63,923 nt of DNA, from positions 1 through 63,923 of the forward strand of contig CANQNJ010000003.1 of the NCBI GenBank assembly GCA_947625185.1. Reading direction: 5' to 3'. A program made the position numbers and the translations under genes. Positions 29,342-37,377 of this stretch are shown piece after piece; the first letter of the stretch is position 1; every line of letters starts with the position of its first letter. The DNA is from an uncultured Clostridia bacterium (GTDB lineage Bacteria > Bacillota > Clostridia > Christensenellales > CAG-314). Under the pieces are notes generated by a model. That model searched no databases and was not told the DNA's origin. It saw nothing but the letters and a program-made list of their open reading frames with translations.

Positions 29342-31174
29342 CTACCGCTTGCGCCAATCATAGGAGCGATACGTCTCCGTAAGCAACGTGGCGTTATTTG
29401 ACGAACTGCTCACGTCTACGGGGACGTCAACGGGATGATAATCCGTCGAACTGTCCGACTTGACGATATTCCAATTTGACTTATCCTCAAAGTAAACGCT
29501 TGTAAGAACCGTACAGCCGTCAAAAGCATATGCGTAAATCAAATTTACGGCGGACGGTATCGTAACGCTTGTCAGCGTTTTTCCAAACGGAGTAAAAGCA
29601 TAATCTTCCAACCCCGTCACGCCTACGGGTATACGTCCCGAACTGTCGGATAAATACAAAAACCTGCCGTCGGCAGACACAATACAATTGCCGTCTGATT
29701 TAATGTAGGGATTTGACGGGCTGACGGTAATACTTGTTACCGAATCGGGCAGATAACGTCCTATGCCCGATACATATCTCGACTGCAATCCCGCGCCTAA
29801 GCTCAATTTGCGCAATGATCTGCAATTGTAGCACGGAGCGACAATGCCGTTATGTCTGCCCAACTCCGTTACGCTGTCCGGTATCGTCAATTCGGAAATG
29901 CCCGTAGAGTTGAAAGCACATTCGCCTATCTTTTTGAGCCCGTTGGGCAGCTTTATCGCCGTCACGCCGCTTACGCAGCCGAATGCGCCGTCGCGTATCT
30001 CCTCCGTATCGGAAAGAACCGTTACGTCGCCCGTCAACTTGTATGGGACAAATATCAATACTTTTGTCTGCTTGTTGTACAATATCCCGTATTCGTCCGT
30101 TCCGTACTTGGCATTGTCGGGTGAAACTTCGTAACGCTCGAAGGAAAATGTCGGGTGGATTTCGGCAAGAACAGGGTCAGAACCGTAAGTTGATGTCAGT
30201 GAGTATCCGCCGAACAGCTTCGTTTCCAAACTGTTCACCGCAGAACCGAGATAGACGGAGACGATTTTTTCGGAATTGTAGAAAGGATAGTCGGGGTAAT
30301 CCCAATACCAATAATGCTCCACTGTGGAAATTTTGCGTACGCCCTCGTCAAAACGCACCTCGATCAGACTGTGACAGTGGGAAAAGCACGCCTTGTCCAA
30401 CACCACGTTCTCATTGCGGAAAATTATCCGCTTGATTCGCGAGGAATAAAACGCCTTCTCTCCTATTACGGTCACGTCGGTGCCCTCGTGCGTTGCGGGG
30501 ATATCGACGTAGGTGGCGACGCCGCCGTTTGTCATACCCGTGACGGACCAACTGCCGTCGTCCAGAAGTTCAAATGTGAGTTCGGCGGCGGTTTCGGCAT
30601 TTTGATCGAAGTTGCAAAAGCTGCATTTGCCGTTTACAAATACGTGATTGCCCCGCTCCACTGCACGACCGCAACGAGAACACTCTTTCCAATGGAAGGA
30701 CTCGTCAAGTTGCCAATCGCCCGTTTGATGTCCCAATGCGGGGATATCCTCGGTGACGGTTTGTTGACACACCTCGCACTTGCCCGATTTCTGCCCCTTG
30801 TTGGTGCAATCGGCAGGCTTGGTCTCCGTCATTGTCGGTACACTGTGACCCTTGGCGGCTATTTCAGGGACGGATTGTATCTCGTTCTTGCCCTCGCCGT
30901 CGGAAAACATCTTGCCGCAACCGTCGCACTTCCAATACGCTTCGTTGCCCTTGTCGGTGCAGGTTGCGTCTTGCTTCGATACTGCCGTAAGCGTGTGCTT
31001 GTGAGAGGGCGTATCGGAACCGGGATTGGGATTAGGCTTGTACGGATCTTCGGGATTGTTATGGGGCAGACACAGCGCCAATATCAACACAAGCACAATG
31101 ACTGCCACCGCCGCCGCAACGACGGAAATGATAATTTTTTTCTTTTTGGAAGAATTCTTTTGTTCGTCGCTCAT
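29342..31174 (-). CDS. Membrane-anchored surface protein: Cys-rich module plus BspA-type leucine-rich repeats
   Basis: MSDEQKNSSKKKKIIISVVAAAVAVIVLVLILAL is a signal anchor. It is followed by the Cys-rich block HKHTLTAVSKQDATCTDKGNEAYWKCDGCGK...CEVCQ. LRR_5-like units follow (IRDGAFGCVSGVTAIKLPNGLKKIGECAF, LEDYAF..LTSVTIPSAV..IYAYAFDGC). RBS AAGGA precedes ATG 31174. Confidence 0.8.
   Translation of the reverse strand: MSDEQKNSSKKKKIIISVVAAAVAVIVLVLILALCLPHNNPEDPYKPNPNPGSDTPSHKHTLTAVSKQDATCTDKGNEAYWKCDGCGKMFSDGEGKNEIQSVPEIAAKGHSVPTMTETKPADCTNKGQKSGKCEVCQQTVTEDIPALGHQTGDWQLDESFHWKECSRCGRAVERGNHVFVNGKCSFCNFDQNAETAAELTFELLDDGSWSVTGMTNGGVATYVDIPATHEGTDVTVIGEKAFYSSRIKRIIFRNENVVLDKACFSHCHSLIEVRFDEGVRKISTVEHYWYWDYPDYPFYNSEKIVSVYLGSAVNSLETKLFGGYSLTSTYGSDPVLAEIHPTFSFERYEVSPDNAKYGTDEYGILYNKQTKVLIFVPYKLTGDVTVLSDTEEIRDGAFGCVSGVTAIKLPNGLKKIGECAFNSTGISELTIPDSVTELGRHNGIVAPCYNCRSLRKLSLGAGLQSRYVSGIGRYLPDSVTSITVSPSNPYIKSDGNCIVSADGRFLYLSDSSGRIPVGVTGLEDYAFTPFGKTLTSVTIPSAVNLIYAYAFDGCTVLTSVYFEDKSNWNIVKSDSSTDYHPVDVPVDVSSSSNNATLLTETYRSYDWRKR
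30730..31008. repeat. 279-bp near-identical segment shared with 32422..32700 (Cys-rich module)
   Basis: Hand alignment gives a constant offset of 1692 nt, no indels and 9 mismatches in 279 nt. Confidence 0.9.
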
Positions 31175-31354
31175 AATTTTTCCTTGGATAATCTTCAAAG
31201 CTGCATATACACACCGTTGACGACAAACGCAACAAAGCACGATAAATCGCAACGGTGTGTCTATTTTTATTATATTGCTTTTTTATCTTTTTTTATATAA
31301 TTTTATAAAATTTTTTTTACACTCGTTAGCGTTGACTGAATTTATCGGTAAACT

Positions 31355-32812
31355 TTACAACGTCAACCACAAAGCAGGGACAACGCCTATATAATAGACA
31401 TCAAGATTAGTCCCATCGATCATACCATCGCCATAAACATATGATGCCGCCATTGGGGTTTGATAGTCAGGGGAACGAAGCCACCACGGACCATACCCCT
31501 CTTCCGTTAATACGCCTTGGCATTGTGCATAATCTGTGTTTTTTCTGTGTCGTGCACTACAACTTGCAGAATTGTTTTCAAAACCGTACGCAACATCTTT
31601 TACATCCTTGTAACTAAGCAAAAAAATATAGTCATTTGTGTTTTCGCAAACATATCTATTATCGCTTCTGTTGGTTGTGCTTGCGCTGTTGTCCACTTCG
31701 GTTTGACATATGAATTCCTTGCTTAATTCGTCAAAAGCAGTGTCATAAAAATCTTCATTGAGCCAACCGCGTATCTCGCTTTCCTTGTAATTGTTAGCCT
31801 GTATAAAATAAGGTTCAACCTCAATATAACGATCTTCATCACTGTTATGATAGTATTGCTGACAGTCTATGATCCAATCTGTCATAACAAGCAATTTATT
31901 ATCCTCGGTAGTCAAGACTTGCCATTTAATAGGCGCCCATTTGAACCAATACACGTTACCCGTTTCATAACCGTTGTCGTACTGAGTACTCCACCAATCA
32001 GGATCACCTTCAAAATCCCAAGTATGAATCGGACGATAAAGCGTGAAGTACACTCCGCGATATCTTGCTCCTTGATAGTCTACATCAATATACCAAGTGT
32101 AGCTAGTTATTTGTCCGTTAACGTAGTACTCGTAGTCCGTCCAACCGTTAAAATTGTCGGCTGTCGGAGTTTTGTTTTGAATTGCTGCGTTGAGCATGGA
32201 CTGCAATGCGGTATCCTCCACTTTGCTCTGAGGATAACTGCCGAAAGTAAGCGTTTTGCCGTCTTCGGAAAGCGTGTAGGGCTTGATCGCCTTCTTTGCG
32301 CCGCAATCCGTACATTCGTCCCCGACAAAATTGTGCGGTTCGGCGTCGCCCTCCGTATACTCGCAACGGGTGCATTTCTTTATGTGGGTCTGTTCATCGA
32401 CGGCAGTCCACACGGCGTTGTGTCCCAATGCGGGGATATCCTCGGTAACGGTTTGTTGACACACCTCGCACTTGCCCGACTTCTGCCCCTTGTTGGTGCA
32501 ATCGGCAGGCTTGGTCTCCGTCATTGTCGGTACGCTGTGACCCTTGGCGGCTATTTCGGGAACGGATTGTATCTCGTTCTTGCCCTCGCCGTCGGAAAAC
32601 ATCTTGCCGCAGCCGTCGCACTTCCAATACGCCTCGTTGCCCTTCTCGGTGCAGGTTGCGTCTTGCTTCGATACTACCGTAAGCGTGTGCTTGTGAGAGG
32701 ATTCGTCCGGTTTGCATGCCGCAAGACCAAGCAACGATACCGCTATCGCCGCAAACATCGCAATACAAACAACTCTGATGAGTCGCCCGATATTTGTCTT
32801 TTGCTTTTTCAT
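31355..32812 (-). CDS. Lipoprotein: the same Cys-rich module fused to a DUF6273-like C-terminal domain
   Basis: MKKQKTNIGRLIRVVCIAMFAAIAVSLLGLAAC is a signal peptide plus lipobox. The Cys-rich block is about 97 percent identical to the neighbour at nucleotide level. The C-terminus has WWLRSP and GVVPALWL, motifs I associate with DUF6273. Confidence 0.8.
   Translation of the reverse strand: MKKQKTNIGRLIRVVCIAMFAAIAVSLLGLAACKPDESSHKHTLTVVSKQDATCTEKGNEAYWKCDGCGKMFSDGEGKNEIQSVPEIAAKGHSVPTMTETKPADCTNKGQKSGKCEVCQQTVTEDIPALGHNAVWTAVDEQTHIKKCTRCEYTEGDAEPHNFVGDECTDCGAKKAIKPYTLSEDGKTLTFGSYPQSKVEDTALQSMLNAAIQNKTPTADNFNGWTDYEYYVNGQITSYTWYIDVDYQGARYRGVYFTLYRPIHTWDFEGDPDWWSTQYDNGYETGNVYWFKWAPIKWQVLTTEDNKLLVMTDWIIDCQQYYHNSDEDRYIEVEPYFIQANNYKESEIRGWLNEDFYDTAFDELSKEFICQTEVDNSASTTNRSDNRYVCENTNDYIFLLSYKDVKDVAYGFENNSASCSARHRKNTDYAQCQGVLTEEGYGPWWLRSPDYQTPMAASYVYGDGMIDGTNLDVYYIGVVPALWLTL
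32422..32700. repeat. Second copy of the 279-bp Cys-rich module segment
   Basis: See 30730..31008. Confidence 0.9.
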
Positions 32813-32837
32813 TTTGATTTTCTCCTTTTATTTATTG

Positions 32838-32852
32838 TTAGGTTATGCCTAA
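32838..32852. promoter_or_regulatory. Palindrome TTAGG-N5-CCTAA (copy 1), candidate operator
   Basis: TTAGGttatgCCTAA, extendable to TGTTAGG..CCTAACA. It lies in the divergent region between the DUF6273 lipoprotein gene and the XRE gene. Confidence 0.45.
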
Positions 32853-32898
32853 CAATTCATATTATAATTAAGTGTCACCTAACTGTCAAGCATAAAAC

Positions 32899-32913
32899 TT
32901 AGGTATTGCCTAA
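32899..32913. promoter_or_regulatory. Palindrome TTAGG-N5-CCTAA (copy 2), candidate operator
   Basis: TTAGGtattgCCTAA lies 10 nt upstream of the XRE ATG at 32924. Confidence 0.45.
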
Positions 32914-32923
32914 TATTATTGGT

Positions 32924-33166
32924 ATGAAACAACTTGATGAAAATAAAGAAATTAAGTCTCTTGATGAACAAATAAGCGAAAATATTCGTAGGGAGATCGA
33001 AACGTCCGGCAAAAGCAAAACGGAAATCGCCAAGGCTATCGGCGTGTCCAAGCCGACGGTGTCGCAATACGTCTCCGGGCGGATACAGCCGACGTTGGCA
33101 ACGCTGTCCAAGCTGTGTAACTTTCTCGATTGCTCCGCAGACGATATATTGAATATAAACAAATAG
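32924..33166 (+). CDS. XRE-family helix-turn-helix transcriptional regulator
   Basis: SKTEIAKAIGVSKPTVSQYVSGR..P....L..L...L is a Cro/C1-type HTH. The ATG at 32924 is preferred because the track start at 32906 falls inside the palindrome. Confidence 0.75.
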   Translation: MKQLDENKEIKSLDEQISENIRREIETSGKSKTEIAKAIGVSKPTVSQYVSGRIQPTLATLSKLCNFLDCSADDILNINK

Positions 33167-33203
33167 TCCCGATACGGAATGATTCCGTCGGGACTTTATT
33201 TTA
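33165..33203. terminator. Bidirectional terminator between the convergent XRE and TetR genes
   Basis: AGTCCCGATACGGAAT-g-ATTCCGTCGGGACT is followed by TTTATTTTA. Confidence 0.7.
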
Positions 33204-33821
33204 TCTTGTCGTCCGACAGCCTGCCGACAGCAAACGCGTGGGGATGAAATCGGCAAAACACATACTGCAATAACGAGCCATCTGCTCGGGAGTTTCCTTG
33301 CAACCGCCCGTTATCCAATGCACAGTCGCATTGATGATACCGCCGCTCCACAGCAACGCAAGATATTTGTCCTCGTCGGCAAGGTTGGGAATGCGCCGCA
33401 CCATCGAATTGACAAGCCTCAGATACTTGTCGCTGTAACCCGCGGCAAAGATCGGTTTGAGGATATCGGATTTGCCCGCGACGAAACGGAACATTTCGCC
33501 GTACCAACTATCGGTGAACGCACGACGAAAAGGACTGCCGACAACGGAAATCATCTCGTGATGCAAATCGACTACAATGCGGTTGAAAATATCGTCCTTG
33601 CTCTGAAAATTGCCGTAAAAAGCCATGCGCGATACGCCCGCCTTGCGACAAAGTTCCGTTATCGTGATACTGTCGTAAGGTTTCTTGCCGATGAGTTGAA
33701 GCAACGCCCCTTGCAAACTCTCCACTACCAATTTGTTAACTTCCTCGCTGTGCCGACGCAAACCCGCAAGCCGTTCCTCGTTATTGACGGATCTGCGAGA
33801 ACCGTCCGTTTCGTAAGTCAT
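33201..33821 (-). CDS. TetR/AcrR family transcriptional regulator
   Basis: The N-terminal HTH is YDSITITELCRKAGVSRMAFYGNF. It is divergent from the hydrolase gene. The palindrome ATTACAtttGTAAT at about 33856-33869 is a possible operator. Confidence 0.8.
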   Translation of the reverse strand: MTYETDGSRRSVNNEERLAGLRRHSEEVNKLVVESLQGALLQLIGKKPYDSITITELCRKAGVSRMAFYGNFQSKDDIFNRIVVDLHHEMISVVGSPFRRAFTDSWYGEMFRFVAGKSDILKPIFAAGYSDKYLRLVNSMVRRIPNLADEDKYLALLWSGGIINATVHWITGGCKETPEQMARYCSMCFADFIPTRLLSAGCRTTR

Positions 33822-34065
33822 AGACGATATACTCCTTGTTGTAAAAATTTGCCATTATTACATTTGTAATTGACGTAAGTATATCATCGAAACGTCTTAT
33901 TGTCAATAATAATCGACGTTATAGGCAAATAAAATATACTTGCACGCTGCTCGGACAAAAGCGGTCGGAGACACTTTCGCGGCATAGGTCGGGATAAGCG
34001 ACGACGTGCCCAACGACATAATACAGCTTGACAAAACGCCCCTTTTAATGTAAATTGAATCTATT

Positions 34066-35022
34066 ATGATTTGGTTATATGTTGCATTGGCTGTAAACGG
34101 CTTGGTGCTGTTGTGCCTGACGGTGATTTTGTTAATTGCATATTTCAAGCCCTTTTATCAACGGCATCACAAGACGGAGGACCACTACCGCCTGCCCGAA
34201 GGCAGACACTTTCTGCAAAATCGCGACAAAATGCTGTCCCTCATTGCCGAGATGGAAGCCGTACCCTTTGAGAGAGTGTACGCAACGTCCTTCGACGGGC
34301 TGAAACTATCGGCGCGATACTATCACGTTGCCGACGGCGCGCCGTTGCAGATACAGGTCCCGGGGTACCGCGGTACAAGCGTGCGCGACTTCTGCGGCGG
34401 CAACAAACTTGCGCGGAAATACGGATTCAATACGCTGCTGATAGATCTGCGCGCACACGGCGAAAGCCAAGGGCACACGATAACTTTCGGCGTAAAAGAA
34501 CGCTTTGACGTGTTGAGTTGGATCCGTTACGCCCTGCAACGCTTCGGCAAGGATACGGAAATATGGCTTGTCGGCGTATCTATGGGCGCCGCGACGGTGC
34601 TTATGGCAAGCGAATTGGATCTGCCGGATAACGTACGGGGAATAATCGCCGACAGCCCCTACGCCTCTCCCGAGGACATCATCGCCGACAGCTGCAAGAA
34701 GATGCACCTCAGTCCGAAATTTATGATGCCTTTTATCCGCCTGAGCGCGGAGATTTTCGGGCGGTTCAGATTGAACTCCGCAAACGCGTTGCACGCCGTC
34801 GCCCATACGGATATACCCATATTGCTTATTCACGGCGAAGAAGACGAGATCGTCCCCTGCGAAATGAGCCGCAGGATATTTGCCGACTGCAAAGGCGACG
34901 CCCAACTTGAAATATTTCCTCGCGCGGGACACGGTTTGAGTTATATGCAGGACAACGCACGTTACGAACGAATAATCGCAGAATTCATAAGCGACGTAAG
35001 AACTCGCGCTTCTCGGGCATAA
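34066..35022 (+). CDS. Membrane-anchored alpha/beta hydrolase
   Basis: N-terminal TM helix, nucleophile elbow GVSMG, and later HGEEDEIVP and GHG. The promoter TTGACA-17 nt-TAAATT ends only 9 nt before the ATG, so the mRNA is possibly near-leaderless. Confidence 0.75.
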   Translation: MIWLYVALAVNGLVLLCLTVILLIAYFKPFYQRHHKTEDHYRLPEGRHFLQNRDKMLSLIAEMEAVPFERVYATSFDGLKLSARYYHVADGAPLQIQVPGYRGTSVRDFCGGNKLARKYGFNTLLIDLRAHGESQGHTITFGVKERFDVLSWIRYALQRFGKDTEIWLVGVSMGAATVLMASELDLPDNVRGIIADSPYASPEDIIADSCKKMHLSPKFMMPFIRLSAEIFGRFRLNSANALHAVAHTDIPILLIHGEEDEIVPCEMSRRIFADCKGDAQLEIFPRAGHGLSYMQDNARYERIIAEFISDVRTRASRA

Positions 35023-35182
35023 TCCGCAACTTAACAATACGGATCGTCGGTGCAACGCGGCAAACGCTCTGCTTGTGGGGCAATATTTATCACCGCAAAG
35101 CCGGGCGCAGCGGCAAACTTCACCGCAGCAAGCATATTTCTCGGAGCTATGCTCATACTATCTCCAAATACAGGAGGTAGTT

Positions 35183-35332
35183 ATGGCAAAAAGCAGACAA
35201 AACAATCACGAATACTATGCAAACTACGAGACTTGCCGCAACCGTTTGTTTGACGATTTCAATCCCGATTGGCTGCAAATCGAGGACGCGCATTTGAGTT
35301 GGGAGGAGGCATTTGAAGATGACGACGACTAA
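35183..35332 (+). CDS. Small acidic hypothetical protein (49 aa)
   Basis: Strong RBS AGGAGG lies 5 nt upstream of ATG 35183, giving MAKSRQNNHEYYANYETCRNRLFDDFNPDWLQIEDAHLSWEEAFEDDDD. It overlaps the next gene by 14 nt. Confidence 0.4.
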   Translation: MAKSRQNNHEYYANYETCRNRLFDDFNPDWLQIEDAHLSWEEAFEDDDD

Positions 35333-35828
35333 CGACAAGAAAAAAGCTCCCGAACAGCAGGAAACGCAACAGACGCCCGTTACCGAAAACAACTGCGACG
35401 TGGAAAAAACGCGTCAAGCGATGAGCGACTTGTACAAGAACGTAACGATGGCGCAAAGCTGTATCAAGACGCTGCTGCCCTATGTGGAGAAGCAGGACGT
35501 CACCAAGACGCTGCACAAGCAAGTGGAACAATACGATCACTACGTCGAACAATTGGACGAAATGTGCGAACAACTCAACTTCGACCCTACGCCCGCGCCG
35601 AAATTCGCCGTAACGATGGCGAATATGGGTATCAAGGCGAAGATGATGACGGACAAAAGCATAAGTCACGTTGCAAAGATAATGCTTCAAGGAACATTGA
35701 ACGGCATAATAGACCTTTACCGAATGATACGCGACAACGACGACGTAAATCCCGAAGTAACGCAGCTGCAAAAGCAAGTGCTTCGCTACGAAGAGGGAAA
35801 ATTTGAAAATCTCAAACAATATCTGTAA
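35319..35828 (+). CDS. Hypothetical helical protein
   Basis: RBS GGAGGAGG lies 9 nt upstream of ATG 35319. No family recognised. Confidence 0.55.
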   Translation: MTTTNDKKKAPEQQETQQTPVTENNCDVEKTRQAMSDLYKNVTMAQSCIKTLLPYVEKQDVTKTLHKQVEQYDHYVEQLDEMCEQLNFDPTPAPKFAVTMANMGIKAKMMTDKSISHVAKIMLQGTLNGIIDLYRMIRDNDDVNPEVTQLQKQVLRYEEGKFENLKQYL

Positions 35829-35936
35829 GCTTTGCCGCTTGCAAATTGCCATATAGGTATACGCGCGACTCGACTTTATCGGCGCGCTTTGTAGATGATT
35901 CTGTGAGAAATGTTGGAATGCAGAAGTAAATGAAAA

Positions 35937-36396
35937 ACAGAAGTCGACTTATAAATTAAAAAGGAATTTGAGCGCGCGGAGATGCGCGTGTCGCGCATAG
36001 CAGCGAACAAAGCGAAAATTCCGCCTGCAAACGGCGACCTGCGCGGCGCTTGTTATAAAGTATAAATTTAATATTCTTTCCGTCAATCCCTTCCACCGCA
36101 AGCGGTCCCCCTTCCCTTAGTCGTAATAGAATTTATTGCACGATACAATCTATGCACGACGAAGGGACGGCTTATATACGCAATTTCCGACATTATCCCT
36201 GCGGACAGGGCTGGGTGGTCGGGGACCTTATGGAAAGAGGAGCAGCCGCACGACAGTACTGCCCGCGCAATCAGCGCGGGCAGTACTGTCAAGGGCGAGC
36301 TGCGACGGCTGAGCGAGGGTATTCCAACGCAAAATAATCTGCAACGAGGGCATAGCCCGAAGTGAAGCCTTTTTGCGTGGAATACCCGAGCGACTG
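35937..36396. repeat. Intergenic mosaic D of hairpin-rich repeat modules
   Basis: Family 4 lies at 35937-36020. Family 1 at 36087-36178 is the reverse complement of 25381-25477. A 17-bp perfect hairpin lies at 36252-36290. Family 2 at 36311-36396 is the reverse complement of 25525-25610. Confidence 0.8.
36252..36290. repeat. Perfect 17-bp inverted repeat with a 5-nt loop
   Basis: GACAGTACTGCCCGCGC-aatca-GCGCGGGCAGTACTGTC, with no U-run on either side. Confidence 0.9.
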
Positions 36397-36500
36397 TCGG
36401 TGGCTCTGATGGCATAATGTTGGGGTAAGACAGACTTTTTTGTTTATAATTTGCTTTAACACCAACATTTGCCACAGAGCCATGTAGATTCGACAAATGA

Positions 36501-36534
36501 GGCTGCTCCCCGAGAGGAGCAGCCGATTTTTGTT
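36501..36534. terminator. Terminator hairpin at the 3' end of the membrane-protein gene; the U-run is on the plus strand
   Basis: GGCTGCTCC-ccgaga-GGAGCAGCC is followed by GATTTTTGTT on the plus strand. On the minus strand only TCATTTG follows. The nearest upstream plus-strand gene ends about 670 nt away. Confidence 0.6.
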
Positions 36535-37156
36535 ACCTGTCTGCGAACAATGCCGTAAGAGCATCGAATATGGCGCTTACGCAGGCGTCGATACCCGATT
36601 CGTCCACCAAACCGTCCAGCAGTTCGGCAAGCAGTTTCCGCTTGGTTTCCGCGTTGCAATCCTGCTTGCAGATGTCCTCCGCGCTTGCCGTCAATTGTTT
36701 GACTGTATCGATGAATTCCTGCATGGTAAGCTCGTTGTCTTTGATTCGCTCGCGTATACCGCCGATGTACAACAGCTGCGTGTAGAAAACTCCGAATACG
36801 TCGTTTTTCATCAAAGAGGAAAGGCTTTGCCCCGATACGGAATTGACAAATCTGAACCCCGTAGATGCCAGAGCGCCGATGGCAATAGCCGTCAACGCTA
36901 TGTGCATCAAGTCGGAGAACCCGAAACCGCGGGCGCCCTGCACCACATACACGTCTATCACCGCAAATACCGTCCCGAAGATAAAGGGCAGCAACGGCGT
37001 AGGATCGAACTTATGCAGTATTTCCACCTTGGCTCTGTCGATAAATAACTTCTTGACCGCCTGAGTCAGCAAACAAGTTGCAATTGCGTACAACAACAGG
37101 TACGCATTGTCGCAAGACAAACCGCCGAATTGCGACATAAAAGTTGCAAAATCCAT
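36533..37156 (-). CDS. Hypothetical membrane protein
   Basis: 207 aa with three or four hydrophobic segments and then an acidic helical tail. RBS AAGGAG precedes the start. Confidence 0.6.
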   Translation of the reverse strand: MDFATFMSQFGGLSCDNAYLLLYAIATCLLTQAVKKLFIDRAKVEILHKFDPTPLLPFIFGTVFAVIDVYVVQGARGFGFSDLMHIALTAIAIGALASTGFRFVNSVSGQSLSSLMKNDVFGVFYTQLLYIGGIRERIKDNELTMQEFIDTVKQLTASAEDICKQDCNAETKRKLLAELLDGLVDESGIDACVSAIFDALTALFADR

Positions 37157-37251
37157 AAAATTGTATTTCTCCTTATCGATTTAGGAAAAACACAGTCCCT
37201 CGGGATTTTCCTTGTTTCGGAGCGCATGTCCCCTTTGCACCCCACAATTAA

Positions 37252-37281
37252 ATTGTACCACTCGGCAGCACGCATTTGCAA
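37252..37281 (-). promoter_or_regulatory. Candidate promoter of the membrane-protein gene
   Basis: The minus strand reads TTGCAA, an 18-nt spacer, then TGgTACAAT (extended -10). The leader is about 90 nt. Confidence 0.45.
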
Positions 37282-37322
37282 GTTTAGCTGTCAAAATTTT
37301 TCATCGGACGACGCCGACGTGC

Positions 37323-37349
37323 AAAAAGGACAGGGTCTTTGCCCTGTCC
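37323..37349 (-). terminator. Rho-independent terminator after the anti-sigma gene
   Basis: On the minus strand GGACAGGG-caaaga-CCCTGTCC is followed by TTTTT. Confidence 0.75.
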
Positions 37350-37377
37350 CGATCAAATTCATATTGTATTTCGTTCG

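Noticed and set aside
31209-31260. 11-bp inverted repeat ACACACCGTTG/CAACGGTGTGT with a 30-nt loop upstream of the LRR gene, considered as a terminator
   Set aside because: The U-run is on the plus strand, where there is no gene to terminate. It lies in the 5' leader of the LRR gene, possibly with a regulatory role, but I have no evidence.
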